A stretch of DNA of 60,958 bases, the filler included. It is 4 parts of 4 records of this genome, joined end to end, with 100 filler letters (N's around TTAATTAATTAA, not from the genome) between each part and the next. Parts side by side here need not be neighbours in the genome. Positions count along the whole stretch, not along the records: positions 15,236 to 40,507 come from SRR31156797_2306; 3 more parts are not named here. One strand, 5' to 3'. The notes beneath the pieces were generated by a model. The model saw only the letters and a program-made list of their open reading frames with translations. It did no database searches and had not been told where the DNA came from. How positions within the stretch are numbered: the first letter of the stretch is position 1; each line of letters starts with the position of its first letter. Made by a program: the position numbers and the translations under genes. This document shows, piece by piece, positions 22,154-32,452 of this stretch.

Positions 22154-23875
22154 CTATCGGATCTCAAAAACCTGCCCATCCCATTTATCCAGATGCACCT
22201 GAAAGCCGTTTTCGATCAGCTCAGTTTTGGGAATATTAATTTCATCAGTGTTAAGAAGAATACCTTTGATTTGAAATTCTGTTTTATCAATTAAACCCAT
22301 CACTTCAAACGCATGCTCCGGAATCCGGATACGGACTGATCCGGAAAATTCAGGATCGAATTGGGTAACGAAAAGTAGTTTTTGATTATCAGTATGCCGC
22401 AGCCAGCTATAGGTTTTATCCCGGTTCGGAAGGGTTTCGTAGGGATTGGCATACATCAGGTCAAAGAATTGCCCTTTGTAAACAGCCTCATTTTGTATGG
22501 AAAAATTCAATATTTGCTGGTAGAAATCCCGGAGTTTTATCTGCGCTTCTGAAAGATTTCCACCATCAAATTTCTCATCATTCATCCACTTTTGGTGTTC
22601 GGGCATGTTGAAATAATCGTAGATGGTGGTACGTCCGTCATCGCCACTAAAACCTGCTTCCCCCTCGGCCGGTTCGCCAACTTCCTGTCCGTTGTAAATC
22701 ATAACGGGCCCCATGTTCATGCATGCTGAAACCATCATTGCAGGAATTGCTGCATCAGTACTTCCGGCAAATTCCCGGGATGCAAACCTGACCTCGTCAT
22801 GGTTTTCGAGGAAACGCAACATATGTGAATCCAACCCATCAAGCACTTGCCAGCAATTGGTTATCGAAGTTGTGGAAGCATGGTGGCGAATGATGTTTTT
22901 GATCGAATCGTATAAACCAACCTTGTCATAGAGATAATCGAATCCGCCACCCTTCACAAAATTTTGATACTCGAATGGATTATAAACCTCCGCAATAAAA
23001 AGCATCTCCGGATATTTTTCTTTGACCTTCCCAATGGCCCATTCCCAAAACTCCACCGGAACCATCTCGGCCATATCACAGCGGAAAGCATCTACGCCTT
23101 TTTGAGCCCAAAAATTCATGATGTCGAGCATTTTATTCCAGGTATCCGGGATGGGAGAGAAGTGGTGTGTCCTGTTGTTGAGGATATCCACACCATAATT
23201 GAGTTTGATGGTTTCGTACCAGTCGTGTTTATCCGGCCTGGCTTCAAAACGATCATTTCCTGTTGCTTTGGCAGGAATTTCCTGATAGGGTTCTGAAGGA
23301 ATATCCTGTTTAATTTTTTCGATCCATTCCAGTCCTTCCGGCGGCTCAAAAGTGCTTCCGGGTAGATAATAGAAATTATTCTGCGGATCAAAAGCTTTTA
23401 ATGCGTCATCACCCTCACCAAAAGATTTTACTCCTTTGGGTTTGCTATCAGAATTATACTGCCTGAAAAGATGGTTAGGCACAAAATCCATGATCACTTG
23501 CATTTCTGCTTCGTGAGTCCGGTTAATCAAAGCCTGAAATTCATCCATCCGCTTTTCGACATCTTCAGCCAGGTCTGGATCAACATCATAATAATCTTTG
23601 ATGGCATATGGTGAGCCTGCACGCCCCTTGAGCAGCGTTGGATGATCCTTCGGTATTCCAAATTCCGAATAATCCGTCATGGTGCCATGCTCAATTACAC
23701 CGGTGTACCAAATGTGTGTAATTCCCAGGCTACGGATCTCCTCCAGTGCTTTTGTGGTAAAATCGTTGAACTTTCCACAACCATTTTGGTGCATGGTTCC
23801 ATTGGGGACACAGTTCGCATTCTTATTGCCAAATAGCCTCGGCAATACATGGTATATCGATATTTTGCGGGACAT
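22154..23875 (-). CDS. GH13 alpha-amylase family glycosidase
   Basis: MDFVPNH, DAFRCDMAEMVP (nucleophile), FIAEVY (acid/base) and FLENHDE motifs. Confidence 0.93.
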   Translation of the reverse strand: MSRKISIYHVLPRLFGNKNANCVPNGTMHQNGCGKFNDFTTKALEEIRSLGITHIWYTGVIEHGTMTDYSEFGIPKDHPTLLKGRAGSPYAIKDYYDVDPDLAEDVEKRMDEFQALINRTHEAEMQVIMDFVPNHLFRQYNSDSKPKGVKSFGEGDDALKAFDPQNNFYYLPGSTFEPPEGLEWIEKIKQDIPSEPYQEIPAKATGNDRFEARPDKHDWYETIKLNYGVDILNNRTHHFSPIPDTWNKMLDIMNFWAQKGVDAFRCDMAEMVPVEFWEWAIGKVKEKYPEMLFIAEVYNPFEYQNFVKGGGFDYLYDKVGLYDSIKNIIRHHASTTSITNCWQVLDGLDSHMLRFLENHDEVRFASREFAGSTDAAIPAMMVSACMNMGPVMIYNGQEVGEPAEGEAGFSGDDGRTTIYDYFNMPEHQKWMNDEKFDGGNLSEAQIKLRDFYQQILNFSIQNEAVYKGQFFDLMYANPYETLPNRDKTYSWLRHTDNQKLLFVTQFDPEFSGSVRIRIPEHAFEVMGLIDKTEFQIKGILLNTDEINIPKTELIENGFQVHLDKWDGQVFEIR

Positions 23876-23877
23876 AT

Positions 23878-25359
23878 TTACCTGTTGTAAATCTTAGTGA
23901 GATGGTTCAACCAGTGCGCTTTTTCTTCTGACAACTGGCCTTCCTGAAGGCGCCACTGCCAGTTGTTGGCAGGTGTTCCTGGTGTGTTCATCCGGGCTTC
24001 GCTGCCCAGGCCCATCAAATCCTGCAATGGAATCACAGCCATGCGGGCTGTTGAACTCCATGCCAGCCTGATCATTTTATCAATCACGTTATCATCATTG
24101 GCATCGGCATAGTACAAAACGCGTTTTTTTACATCATGATCCAGCGTGCTAGACCATCCTCGTAACGTATCGTTGTCGTGTGTGCCGGTGTAAACAATGA
24201 AATTGCGGGTGTAATTATGTGGAAGATATCCGCTGCCTTCATCCGAGTGGAAGGCAAACTGCAGGATTTTCATGCCCGGAAATTCAAAGTTATCCCTGAG
24301 TTCTTCCACTTCCGGGGTTATAATTCCCAGGTCTTCGGCGATGATTGGAAGTGAGCCGAGTTCATTTTTAACGGTTTCGAATAGTGCCTTTCCGGGTGCA
24401 GTGATCCATTCGCCGTTCATGGCAGTTTCTTCACCAAACGGAACCGCCCAGTATGATTCAAATCCCCTGAAATGGTCAATCCTTACAATATCGTAAAGAT
24501 CGGTGGTAGCCTTGATCCTTTCAATCCACCATTTAAACCCGTTCTTTTGCATAACATCCCAATCGTAAAGTGGGTTTCCCCAAAGCTGTCCGGTAGCACT
24601 GAAATAGTCAGGAGGAACACCCGCAACCTTGAGCGGATTACGGTCTTCATCAAACTGGAATACGCTGGAATTGCTCCACACATCTGCACTATCGTGAGCT
24701 ACATAAAGCGGGATGTCGCCGATGATGGAAATTCCTTTTTCATTCGCATAATGCTTTACATTTTTCCATTGTTTGTTAAAGATATATTGCACAAACTGAT
24801 GAAATCCAATCTCATGCTGATGGTCGGCAATGAAGTTATTCATGGCTTCATCATCCCGCATCTTTATATCTTCTTTCCAATCCCACCATGGATTTCCACC
24901 GTATGATTCTTTAATGGAAATGAAAAGCGCATAATCTGTCAGCCAGTGTACATTTTCTGATTTATAAATCTCAAACTCTTCAGGTTTTTCTGTTTTTTGC
25001 ATGAAGCGTTTATAAGCATTATTAAGTGCCTGGCGTTTGAAATTTATCACTGCACCGTAATCCACCTTATCTGTTGGAAAAAGGAAAGGGGTTTTCAGGT
25101 CATTGGCTTCGAGCAAACCTTCCTCGTGCAATAAATCCAAATCTATCAGAATGGGATTTCCTGCAAAAATCGAAAAACACTGATAGGGGGAGTCACCATA
25201 GCCGGTATGCCCCATTGGGAGTACCTGCCAAAGCTTTTGCCCGGCTTTTTCGAGGTAATCGATAAAACCGATGGCATGTTTGCCCAGAGAACCTATGCCG
25301 TAATTTCCGGGGAGTGAGGTAGGGTGGAGGAGTATTCCACTGCTTCTTTGATATTCCAT
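23878..25359 (-). CDS. malQ: 4-alpha-glucanotransferase (GH77)
   Basis: RSSGILLHPTSLP, GVPPDYFSATGQLWGNP, RIDHFRG, IAEDLG and YTGTHDNDT motifs. Confidence 0.96.
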   Translation of the reverse strand: MEYQRSSGILLHPTSLPGNYGIGSLGKHAIGFIDYLEKAGQKLWQVLPMGHTGYGDSPYQCFSIFAGNPILIDLDLLHEEGLLEANDLKTPFLFPTDKVDYGAVINFKRQALNNAYKRFMQKTEKPEEFEIYKSENVHWLTDYALFISIKESYGGNPWWDWKEDIKMRDDEAMNNFIADHQHEIGFHQFVQYIFNKQWKNVKHYANEKGISIIGDIPLYVAHDSADVWSNSSVFQFDEDRNPLKVAGVPPDYFSATGQLWGNPLYDWDVMQKNGFKWWIERIKATTDLYDIVRIDHFRGFESYWAVPFGEETAMNGEWITAPGKALFETVKNELGSLPIIAEDLGIITPEVEELRDNFEFPGMKILQFAFHSDEGSGYLPHNYTRNFIVYTGTHDNDTLRGWSSTLDHDVKKRVLYYADANDDNVIDKMIRLAWSSTARMAVIPLQDLMGLGSEARMNTPGTPANNWQWRLQEGQLSEEKAHWLNHLTKIYNR

Positions 25360-25402
25360 TTCTTTTGTTGGTTTAATTCATTATTAAATGGTAAACAGTT
25401 CT

Positions 25403-25543
25403 GGATTTCTCTCTGGGGTCGAAATGACAAGGCTTTTGGGATATTTATTTTGGCTGGTTTTTGGCGGCAAGGCCGCCAAAAACCACCACTTAAAAAACCA
25501 TATTGATTGTCATTCCGATCCCGAAACTTGGGGAGAGGAATCT
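25403..25543. repeat. Nested palindromic REP/MITE-like element
   Basis: GGATTTCTC...TCGAAATGACAA (25403-25430) is an inverted copy of TTGTCATTCCGA...GAGGAATCT (25507-25543); together they enclose a perfect 14-bp hairpin at 25455-25485. Confidence 0.7.
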
Positions 25544-25652
25544 ACTTCAAAAGTTTTCCTAAAGCATAGTTTTGCCTATCTTTAGTAGTTAATAATTAAA
25601 AGCAAAGAAATAAAAAACAGTGAAAATTGCACCCGGGATAACAGCCGAAATG

Positions 25653-26210
25653 CTAATAATATAAAATTAAAAATACCACCGGTACTAATATCCCTGCAAT
25701 GGTAAGCCATGCACCACGTTTTGTGATGCCATTTTTACCCTTCAGTATAAATAATCCTGAAACAGCCAGCAGCACTAATGCCACGGCATAAGCATCCGAA
25801 AACCATGTCCACCATTTTTTGGGATTGTAATGCAGGTAATTTACCGCATGGAAAACAGGCCTTCGGCTGATCTTTTCGATCTCGCCCTGCCCGGTACTCA
25901 CATTCACGAGCATACTCCCTCCACTAAGAAAAACTTTAAGGAGGTTGTTGTTCGGAAAGAAATGTTTTTTGTAGTTATCACCTTCATCGTATTTATCAAG
26001 AAAATTGATCACCTCTTCTTTGGTAATATTTCTGTCGATTTGGCCGTCGAATTCAACGAGCTGATGTGTAACCTCATAATTTGGGTTCCAGTCGCCGATG
26101 TGATTGACAGCAATACCGGAAAGCCCGTAAATCACCGTCATGGCAAAAAAGAAATAACCCAAGTCACGGTGAATAGCCCTGTTATATTTTCTCCACTTAA
26201 ATCTCTTCAT
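25653..26210 (-). CDS. PepSY-associated TM helix domain protein
   Basis: Start moved to MKRFKWRK (ATG 26210); HRDLGYFF...YGLSGIAVNH, LHYNP and WTWFSD motifs. Confidence 0.82.
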   Translation of the reverse strand: MKRFKWRKYNRAIHRDLGYFFFAMTVIYGLSGIAVNHIGDWNPNYEVTHQLVEFDGQIDRNITKEEVINFLDKYDEGDNYKKHFFPNNNLLKVFLSGGSMLVNVSTGQGEIEKISRRPVFHAVNYLHYNPKKWWTWFSDAYAVALVLLAVSGLFILKGKNGITKRGAWLTIAGILVPVVFLILYY

Positions 26211-26227
26211 TCTATTGGTAGGATATG

Positions 26228-26262
26228 AAAAAAGGCCGCGAAATATAACTTCCGGGGCCTTT
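26228..26262 (-). terminator. Intrinsic terminator or attenuator between the lipoprotein and PepSY-TM genes
   Basis: Minus strand AAAGGCCCCGGAA-loop-TTCGCGGCCTTTTTT. Confidence 0.65.
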
Positions 26263-26282
26263 GTCCTGATCAAAAAATCAGT

Positions 26283-26861
26283 TTACTTTTTTTCTTTGTA
26301 CTCTTCTGCAACGATAGAGTAAAATGAAAGATGATCAACATCTTTTTCTTTCATTTGATCGCGGTAAGCAGCAATTTGCTCAAATTCAGCATTGGGATCA
26401 CCTTCGCCATGCTCATGTCCTTCTTCACCACGGTGGATCTTAAGCTCTGATTCAGGGTTTTCGGCTTTAAGCTCGTTTTCCCATTCGGTAAGATAAGCTT
26501 CGTCAATTCTGAGTTCATCAAAAAAACCTTTAACCGTAACATCGCTGCCTTCAAGTTCAACGTCGAATGCATCAATAGCATCACCTGCTTTAATCTGGAT
26601 ACGATCTTCTTCGCTTTCGTCACCAATAATGAACATACGTTTGCCACCATGTTTGCACACGTGCACCGCAGTTCCTTCAATTACAACACTTTTCCCAACA
26701 TAGTCCTCAGGATGAGTATAAAAATCTGTGCTGGTCATCATTACAATCTCATCCGGCTGATTATCGGTGGTTGCAGCCTGGTCGTCTGATTCTGTGGTTG
26801 CATTGTTGCAAGCCGCAAAAAGAACAGCGATCATTGTGAAAAGAAATAATTTTTTAAACAT
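26283..26861 (-). CDS. Lipoprotein with OB-fold-like domain and His/Cys motifs
   Basis: Lipobox LFAAC; YVGKSVVIEGTAVHVCKHGGK; His-rich HRGEEGHEHGEG segment. Confidence 0.75.
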   Translation of the reverse strand: MFKKLFLFTMIAVLFAACNNATTESDDQAATTDNQPDEIVMMTSTDFYTHPEDYVGKSVVIEGTAVHVCKHGGKRMFIIGDESEEDRIQIKAGDAIDAFDVELEGSDVTVKGFFDELRIDEAYLTEWENELKAENPESELKIHRGEEGHEHGEGDPNAEFEQIAAYRDQMKEKDVDHLSFYSIVAEEYKEKK

Positions 26862-27005
26862 TTTACCTCCCAGTAATTTAAATTTGTGACTTAATTTTGT
26901 TTGTTTCTAAAAATGAATTGCAAAAATATATTTTTTACTCGATCTTTAAGTCGTTGTAAGTGAATTTAAATAGTTAAAATCTTACGGATAAAATTTCAAT
27001 TAATA

Positions 27006-27536
27006 ATGGAAGAACAAGTATTAGGAATCGGTTCAAGGGTACAACACCCCGAGTTTGGTGCCGGAGTAATCATCCAGGCATATTCAGATGTTTTTGAAAT
27101 CGTATTTATGGAACATGGTTGGCGAAAGCTTTCGCGTGATTACCAAGGCCTGGAAGTGATTGATGCCATGGAACCGGATCGTGATATGGTGAGTTACGAG
27201 CAGGTGGAGTCGATGATTGTTAAAGTGCTGAGGCGCTATTCTGATTTACAGGAACTGGTTGAAATGGGGGAAAAATGGACTGGTGGTAAATTGATCCTGG
27301 AACCCGGCAAGGAAGGATTGGCATCCAAGGAAATCCCAATAGAGACCTTTTTTCATAAAATCGTCATGGTGCGTGATCGCATCAGGGTGATGGAGCAGCG
27401 GATCAATAGCAGTAACCTGAGTGACGAAGAAAAGGTGAATTTACAGCAATACATAACCCGCATTTACGGAAGCCTGACAACCTTTAATGTACTTTTTAGC
27501 TACAAATCAGATTATTTTTCAGGAGAGAGAGGCTGA
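27006..27536 (+). CDS. Conserved hypothetical protein with SH3-like N-terminus
   Basis: GIGSRVQHPEFGAGVI; helical C-terminus FFHKIVMVRDRIRVMEQ...QQYITRIYGSLTTFNVLF. Confidence 0.75.
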   Translation: MEEQVLGIGSRVQHPEFGAGVIIQAYSDVFEIVFMEHGWRKLSRDYQGLEVIDAMEPDRDMVSYEQVESMIVKVLRRYSDLQELVEMGEKWTGGKLILEPGKEGLASKEIPIETFFHKIVMVRDRIRVMEQRINSSNLSDEEKVNLQQYITRIYGSLTTFNVLFSYKSDYFSGERG

Positions 27537-27988
27537 TCTTTAAGCTCAGGATACAGCCTGCCTTTGATCATCGAAAATTTACCGAGGTTTAAGGCAAGGT
27601 GATGGAGCAGGTAATGGTAAGTGAATAAGAAACCGCCGATGTAACCAATCGAATTGAGGTATAAATCGATGGGATTAAATTTACGGCCGGGAACCAATAG
27701 TTGGTGCCATTCATCCAGGAAACCAAAAACAACGCCTGAGATTATTGCAATGAGATATGCTTTTTTCAGGAGCCTTGCATGATGGTCTGTTTGCCAGATT
27801 ACCACAAAAGCTCCCAAAACAAAATAAACCAGGAAATGAAACAGGTAGTCATAACGCAGGCTAACACCGCTTGAATCGCTTGTGTTTGGCTGTGGCAGAT
27901 TTGGAATGGTTGATACAATTAAAATTAGCAGCGACCAGGCAAGGGCAATGTATTTGTAATTGTGTTTGTTCAATAGATGATTTATCAT
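27512..27988 (-). CDS. VanZ family membrane protein
   Basis: DYLFHFLVY, DEWHQLLVPGR and DLYLNSIG motifs. Confidence 0.88.
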   Translation of the reverse strand: MINHLLNKHNYKYIALAWSLLILIVSTIPNLPQPNTSDSSGVSLRYDYLFHFLVYFVLGAFVVIWQTDHHARLLKKAYLIAIISGVVFGFLDEWHQLLVPGRKFNPIDLYLNSIGYIGGFLFTYHYLLHHLALNLGKFSMIKGRLYPELKDQPLSPEK

Positions 27989-27992
27989 ATAC

Positions 27993-28418
27993 CTATTTCT
28001 GGTTTTGTGATCCCATACGCATTCGAATCACTTTATTTCGCCAGGAAAGCAGGAATAAAATCCCGGGCAGGATGAATGGTACTGAAAGCAAAATGATGTA
28101 TCCGGTCCCGGTAAAAACCTGTGAAAAACTGATGTAAAAGGCTATTACCAGCCCGGTAAGCATTAGCAAAGCCCCACCAACGATTTCAATTATCCATCCA
28201 ACGATATATGCAATAATCGAAAATGTAAATAGCGTAAGTAAAAACAACAGGTCGTAAGATGCTTTCGCTTCGCGGATCATTGCAAAACCTTCACCAACCA
28301 TAAAAGAAACGATAAGCACGATGCCCACAAACCCCAACAGGCGAGCTGCCCAACGGTAATTTCGAAAGCTGATCATGGCACTAAATGCTGCCCTGGTATT
28401 TTGAAAATTATTTCCCAT
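27993..28418 (-). CDS. Four-TM hypothetical membrane protein
   Basis: Four hydrophobic segments; start overlaps the lon stop. Confidence 0.65.
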   Translation of the reverse strand: MGNNFQNTRAAFSAMISFRNYRWAARLLGFVGIVLIVSFMVGEGFAMIREAKASYDLLFLLTLFTFSIIAYIVGWIIEIVGGALLMLTGLVIAFYISFSQVFTGTGYIILLSVPFILPGILFLLSWRNKVIRMRMGSQNQK

Positions 28419-30882
28419 TATGATTATTCAGGTAGAATTTTTGCGGAGTCTTCACCTTTTCGTCAAGGATGGCAATTTCCAGCACTTCCAGCATGGTATC
28501 CACATAAATAAAGTTGACACCTTTGATATACTTCTCGCTGATCTCCTCGATGTCTTTTTTGTTTTCTGATGAAAGGATAATGGTTTTTATGCTTGCCCGT
28601 TTGGCCGCAAGAATTTTTTCTTTGATACCTCCCACGGGTAAAACTTTGCCGCGAAGAGTAATTTCGCCGGTCATTGCGATACTGGCCTTTACTTTTCGCT
28701 GGGTATAAACCGACGTTAAACTGGTGAGCATTGTAATCCCTGCTGAAGGCCCGTCTTTTGGTGTTGCGCCTTCAGGTATGTGCATGTGTACGTTGTATTG
28801 CTGAAACATCTTTGGGTTGATGTTGAAGTGATGTGCATGCGATTTCAGGTATTCATAAGCGATTGTGGCTGATTCTTTCATTACATCACCAAGGTTCCCG
28901 GTGATGTTCATGCTGCCTTTTCCGGGGCTGAGGCTTGTCTCCACAAATAGTATTTCGCCTCCAACAGGAGTCCAGGCCAGCCCTGTTACCACACCGGCAA
29001 ATTCGTTGCTGATGGCTTTATCTTTCTGGAAATTGGGTGCACCCAGAATTTTATGCAACTCGTCCTGATTGATCTTTTTCTCGTAATCTTCCCCTTCGGC
29101 AATAAACCTGGCTTTGTTGCGGATGATCTTTGAAATCTGTTTTTCAAGTGTCCTTACGCCTGATTCCCGGGTATAATTTTCAATGATCGTTTCAAGAATT
29201 TTTTTGGGGAACGTCAGTTGTTGTTTTTTTACGCCATGCTCCTTCAATTGTCTCGGAATCAGGTGGCGCCTGGCGATTTCCTGCTTTTCTTCGAGTAAGT
29301 ATCCGTTGATGTCGATGATCTCCATCCGGTCGCGGAGAGCAGGATGTATCGTACTCATGGAGTTGGCTGTTGCCACAAAAAGTACTTTCGAGAGGTCGTA
29401 TTCCATCTCCAGGAAGTTATCGTAGAAAGTGGTGTTTTGCTCGGGATCGAGTACTTCCAAAAGTGCTGCTGACGGGTCACCATTTACTGTTGCTCCGGTA
29501 ACCTTGTCAATTTCATCAAGCACAAAAACAGGATTTGAAGATTTGGCTTTTTTGATGCTCTGGATGATTCGTCCGGGAAGTGCCCCGATATATGTTTTCC
29601 GGTGGCCACGGATTTCGGCCTCATCACGAAGCCCACCCAGCGACATGCGGATGTATTTGCGTTCGAGTGCCCGGGCAATGGATTTTCCCAGTGATGTTTT
29701 ACCAACTCCCGGTGGGCCAAGCAGGCAAATAATTGGAGACTTCATATCACCTTTTAACTTCAGCACCGCCAGGTATTCAATAATACGCTCTTTCACTTTT
29801 TCAAGTCCGTAATGATCCTGGTCCAGTATTTTCTGGGCGTGTTTCAAATCGAAATTATCTGCGGTGTATTCATTCCAGGGCAGGTCAACCAGTGTTTCCA
29901 GATAGTTGAGATGAATCGAATAATCCATTGCGTTTGGGTTGATCCGTTGCAGTTTAACCAGTTCCTTTTCGAACGTCTCACCCACTTCCTTCGACCATTT
30001 TTTATCCCTGGCTTTTTCACGGAGTTCCTCTATCTCCTGTTGTTGTGAAGTTCCTCCCAATTCCTCCTGGATGGTTTTGAGCTGCTGGTTCAGGATATAG
30101 TCGCGTTGCTGTTTATCCAAATCTGTTTTTACTTTATCCTGAATTTCATTTTTAAGTTCCAGCATTTGAAGCTCTTTGCTGAGTGCTTCAAGCACTTTCT
30201 TGGCTCTTTCTGTTACCTGGCTTACCTCCAGTAATTTTTGTTTTTCCTGTAGTTTGATGTTCAGGTTGCTCGAAACAAAATTGACCAAAAAAACGGTACT
30301 TTCTATGTTTTTTATCGCGAAAGCTGCATCGCTCGGAATGTTTGGCGAAAGCCGGATGATCTGAATTGAAAGATCTTTCAGGGAAGAGATCAACGCCTTG
30401 AAGTTGTCGTCCTCAATGTGTTTTTTATCAGATTCAAAGTTGCTAACCCTGCCCTGGAAATAGGGCTCATCAGAAGTGACCTCATCAATCCGTATCCGTT
30501 TTTTGCCCTGAATAATAGCAGTTGTGTTACCATCGGGCATTTGTAATATCTTCATGATATTCGCCATGGTCCCGATTTTAAAAAGGTCCTCCGGCCCGGG
30601 ATCATCAATATCAGCGTCTTTTTGTGCAACCACACCAATGGGTTTTTTCGAAGAATAGGCTTCACGGATCAGTTGAATGGATTTATCCCTGCCAACTGTA
30701 ATCGGGATAACCACTCCCGGAAACAGGACCGTATTACGTAATGGGAGCAAAGGCAATGATTCGGGAACCTTTTCGGCATTCATCTGGTCTTCATCTTCCT
30801 GCGAAAGCAAGGGGATGAATTCAGTTTCACCTTCTATTATATCGCTAAAAAGTCTATCGTTTGATTCTGTTTGTCCAAACAT
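28408..30882 (-). CDS. lon: ATP-dependent protease La
   Basis: [11 protein letters not shown], Walker [16 protein letters not shown], catalytic PKDGPSAG and GGIKEK; start is ATG 30882 or TTG 30888. Confidence 0.97.
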   Translation of the reverse strand: MFGQTESNDRLFSDIIEGETEFIPLLSQEDEDQMNAEKVPESLPLLPLRNTVLFPGVVIPITVGRDKSIQLIREAYSSKKPIGVVAQKDADIDDPGPEDLFKIGTMANIMKILQMPDGNTTAIIQGKKRIRIDEVTSDEPYFQGRVSNFESDKKHIEDDNFKALISSLKDLSIQIIRLSPNIPSDAAFAIKNIESTVFLVNFVSSNLNIKLQEKQKLLEVSQVTERAKKVLEALSKELQMLELKNEIQDKVKTDLDKQQRDYILNQQLKTIQEELGGTSQQQEIEELREKARDKKWSKEVGETFEKELVKLQRINPNAMDYSIHLNYLETLVDLPWNEYTADNFDLKHAQKILDQDHYGLEKVKERIIEYLAVLKLKGDMKSPIICLLGPPGVGKTSLGKSIARALERKYIRMSLGGLRDEAEIRGHRKTYIGALPGRIIQSIKKAKSSNPVFVLDEIDKVTGATVNGDPSAALLEVLDPEQNTTFYDNFLEMEYDLSKVLFVATANSMSTIHPALRDRMEIIDINGYLLEEKQEIARRHLIPRQLKEHGVKKQQLTFPKKILETIIENYTRESGVRTLEKQISKIIRNKARFIAEGEDYEKKINQDELHKILGAPNFQKDKAISNEFAGVVTGLAWTPVGGEILFVETSLSPGKGSMNITGNLGDVMKESATIAYEYLKSHAHHFNINPKMFQQYNVHMHIPEGATPKDGPSAGITMLTSLTSVYTQRKVKASIAMTGEITLRGKVLPVGGIKEKILAAKRASIKTIILSSENKKDIEEISEKYIKGVNFIYVDTMLEVLEIAILDEKVKTPQKFYLNNHNGK

Positions 30883-31100
30883 ATTCAAATGGTCTCCTAC
30901 GTCATGTTGTCAGTCAGGATCACCGATCAAAACTCCGGATGTGTTTTGCCGGTTGGTACTACCCTGCTTAACCACTTTATTTATAACTGTTTATAATTTT
31001 GAGATGGTTTGATTCTTTCCGGATTGTTGTGGTGTTCCAATATGCATTCCAAGATCGTTTTCCCTGCAATAATGGCAATTACCCGCATTGATCTATAATC

Positions 31101-32288
31101 TTAGAATCCCTTATTGGATTCAGAAGCTTCCCGGATATGCTGAAATATTTTTTTGTCGGCATCAGTAAATTCCTGGTTGCGCCTGTTCATTACCTTGCTG
31201 GCAACGTTCATGGCTTTATCGAGGTTGTAGTGTTTAAAACCTGTTGTTCCACCCCACATGAATGACGGGATGAAATTTCGCTGAAACCCGGCGCCAAAAA
31301 TGTTGCTGCTTACACCGACTACTGTTCCTGTATTAAACATGGTATTGATGCCACACTTGGAATGATCGCCCATGATAAGGCCGCAAAACTGCAATCCGGT
31401 TGACACAAATGTGTGATTGGGATAGTTCCACACGCGTACTTCGTCATAAGTATTTTTAAGATTCGACGAATTGGTGTCGGCTCCAAGGTTGCACCACTCG
31501 CCAATTACCGAATTTCCCAGAAAACCATCATGGGCTTTGTTGGCGTGGCCCAGGAAAACCACATTGTTGAGTTCGCCGCCCACCTTGCAGTGAGGTCCTA
31601 TTGTTGTGGGCCCGTATATTTTAGCTGACATTTTCACGGTTGCATTGTCGCACAAAGCAAAAGGCCCGCGAATACGGCTGCCTTCCATCACTTCGGCGTT
31701 ATGGCCAATGTAAATGGGGCCGTTGGTTGTGTTGAGCGTTGCGCCAAAAACTTTTGCGCCTTTTTCGATAAATATCTTTCCCTTTCCCAACACGGTATTC
31801 GATGAATCAAGCTTTTGGGATTTCCGGCGCCTGGTGAATAAGTTGAAGTCGCTTTCCAAGATTTCACCATTTTTCGAAAAGATCTCCCATGGGTATTCGA
31901 TTTTGGTTACCGGTTTCTCTCCTTCAAATTTAATTCGGCTTACTTTACCCAGTTCTGAAGAATTTTCCAATTCTGATACATCCATATGCTGGGCAATAAT
32001 TTTTTCTTCACAAACAAGGGTTTCATTTACTTTGAGCGCTTTGATCTGTTTCACCATTTCAGCATCAGGGATGATAGACCCATTGATCAAAATGGTATTT
32101 TTTTCTTTCTTCATGGGATACTTCACTGCGAGATAACTCTCTGTGAGTGTCGAGGTTTTAACCCTCAAAAGCTTTTCCCATTTTTCCCTGATGGTTGTAA
32201 TACCCACCCTAATGTCAGCTACAGGTCTGGTAAAGGTAAGTGGGAGTAAATGATTTCTCGAATGGTCGTCGAAAAGTATGTAATTCAT
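31101..32288 (-). CDS. Bacteroidota GlmU-like putative sugar nucleotidyltransferase/acyltransferase
   Basis: LLPLTFTRPVADIRVG N-terminus; hexapeptide repeats with NKAHDGFLGNSVIGEWCNLGA. Confidence 0.85.
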   Translation of the reverse strand: MNYILFDDHSRNHLLPLTFTRPVADIRVGITTIREKWEKLLRVKTSTLTESYLAVKYPMKKEKNTILINGSIIPDAEMVKQIKALKVNETLVCEEKIIAQHMDVSELENSSELGKVSRIKFEGEKPVTKIEYPWEIFSKNGEILESDFNLFTRRRKSQKLDSSNTVLGKGKIFIEKGAKVFGATLNTTNGPIYIGHNAEVMEGSRIRGPFALCDNATVKMSAKIYGPTTIGPHCKVGGELNNVVFLGHANKAHDGFLGNSVIGEWCNLGADTNSSNLKNTYDEVRVWNYPNHTFVSTGLQFCGLIMGDHSKCGINTMFNTGTVVGVSSNIFGAGFQRNFIPSFMWGGTTGFKHYNLDKAMNVASKVMNRRNQEFTDADKKIFQHIREASESNKGF

Positions 32289-32403
32289 GTTTTTTGGATT
32301 CGATGATTAAAATAATTGTTGGAAAGCATGACAATCCACAAATTTAAAGAAATATTTTCGGAAAGGGTTGATTGGGGTAATTATGCCTGAAAATGCCGGG
32401 CAC

Positions 32404-32432
32404 AAAAAAAGCCCATGCAAGTGCCGGGCTTT
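32404..32432 (-). terminator. Intrinsic terminator of rpmE2
   Basis: Minus strand AAAGCCC-loop-GGGCTTTTTTT. Confidence 0.7.
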
Positions 32433-32452
32433 CAATATTTTTAAAGGCGAGT

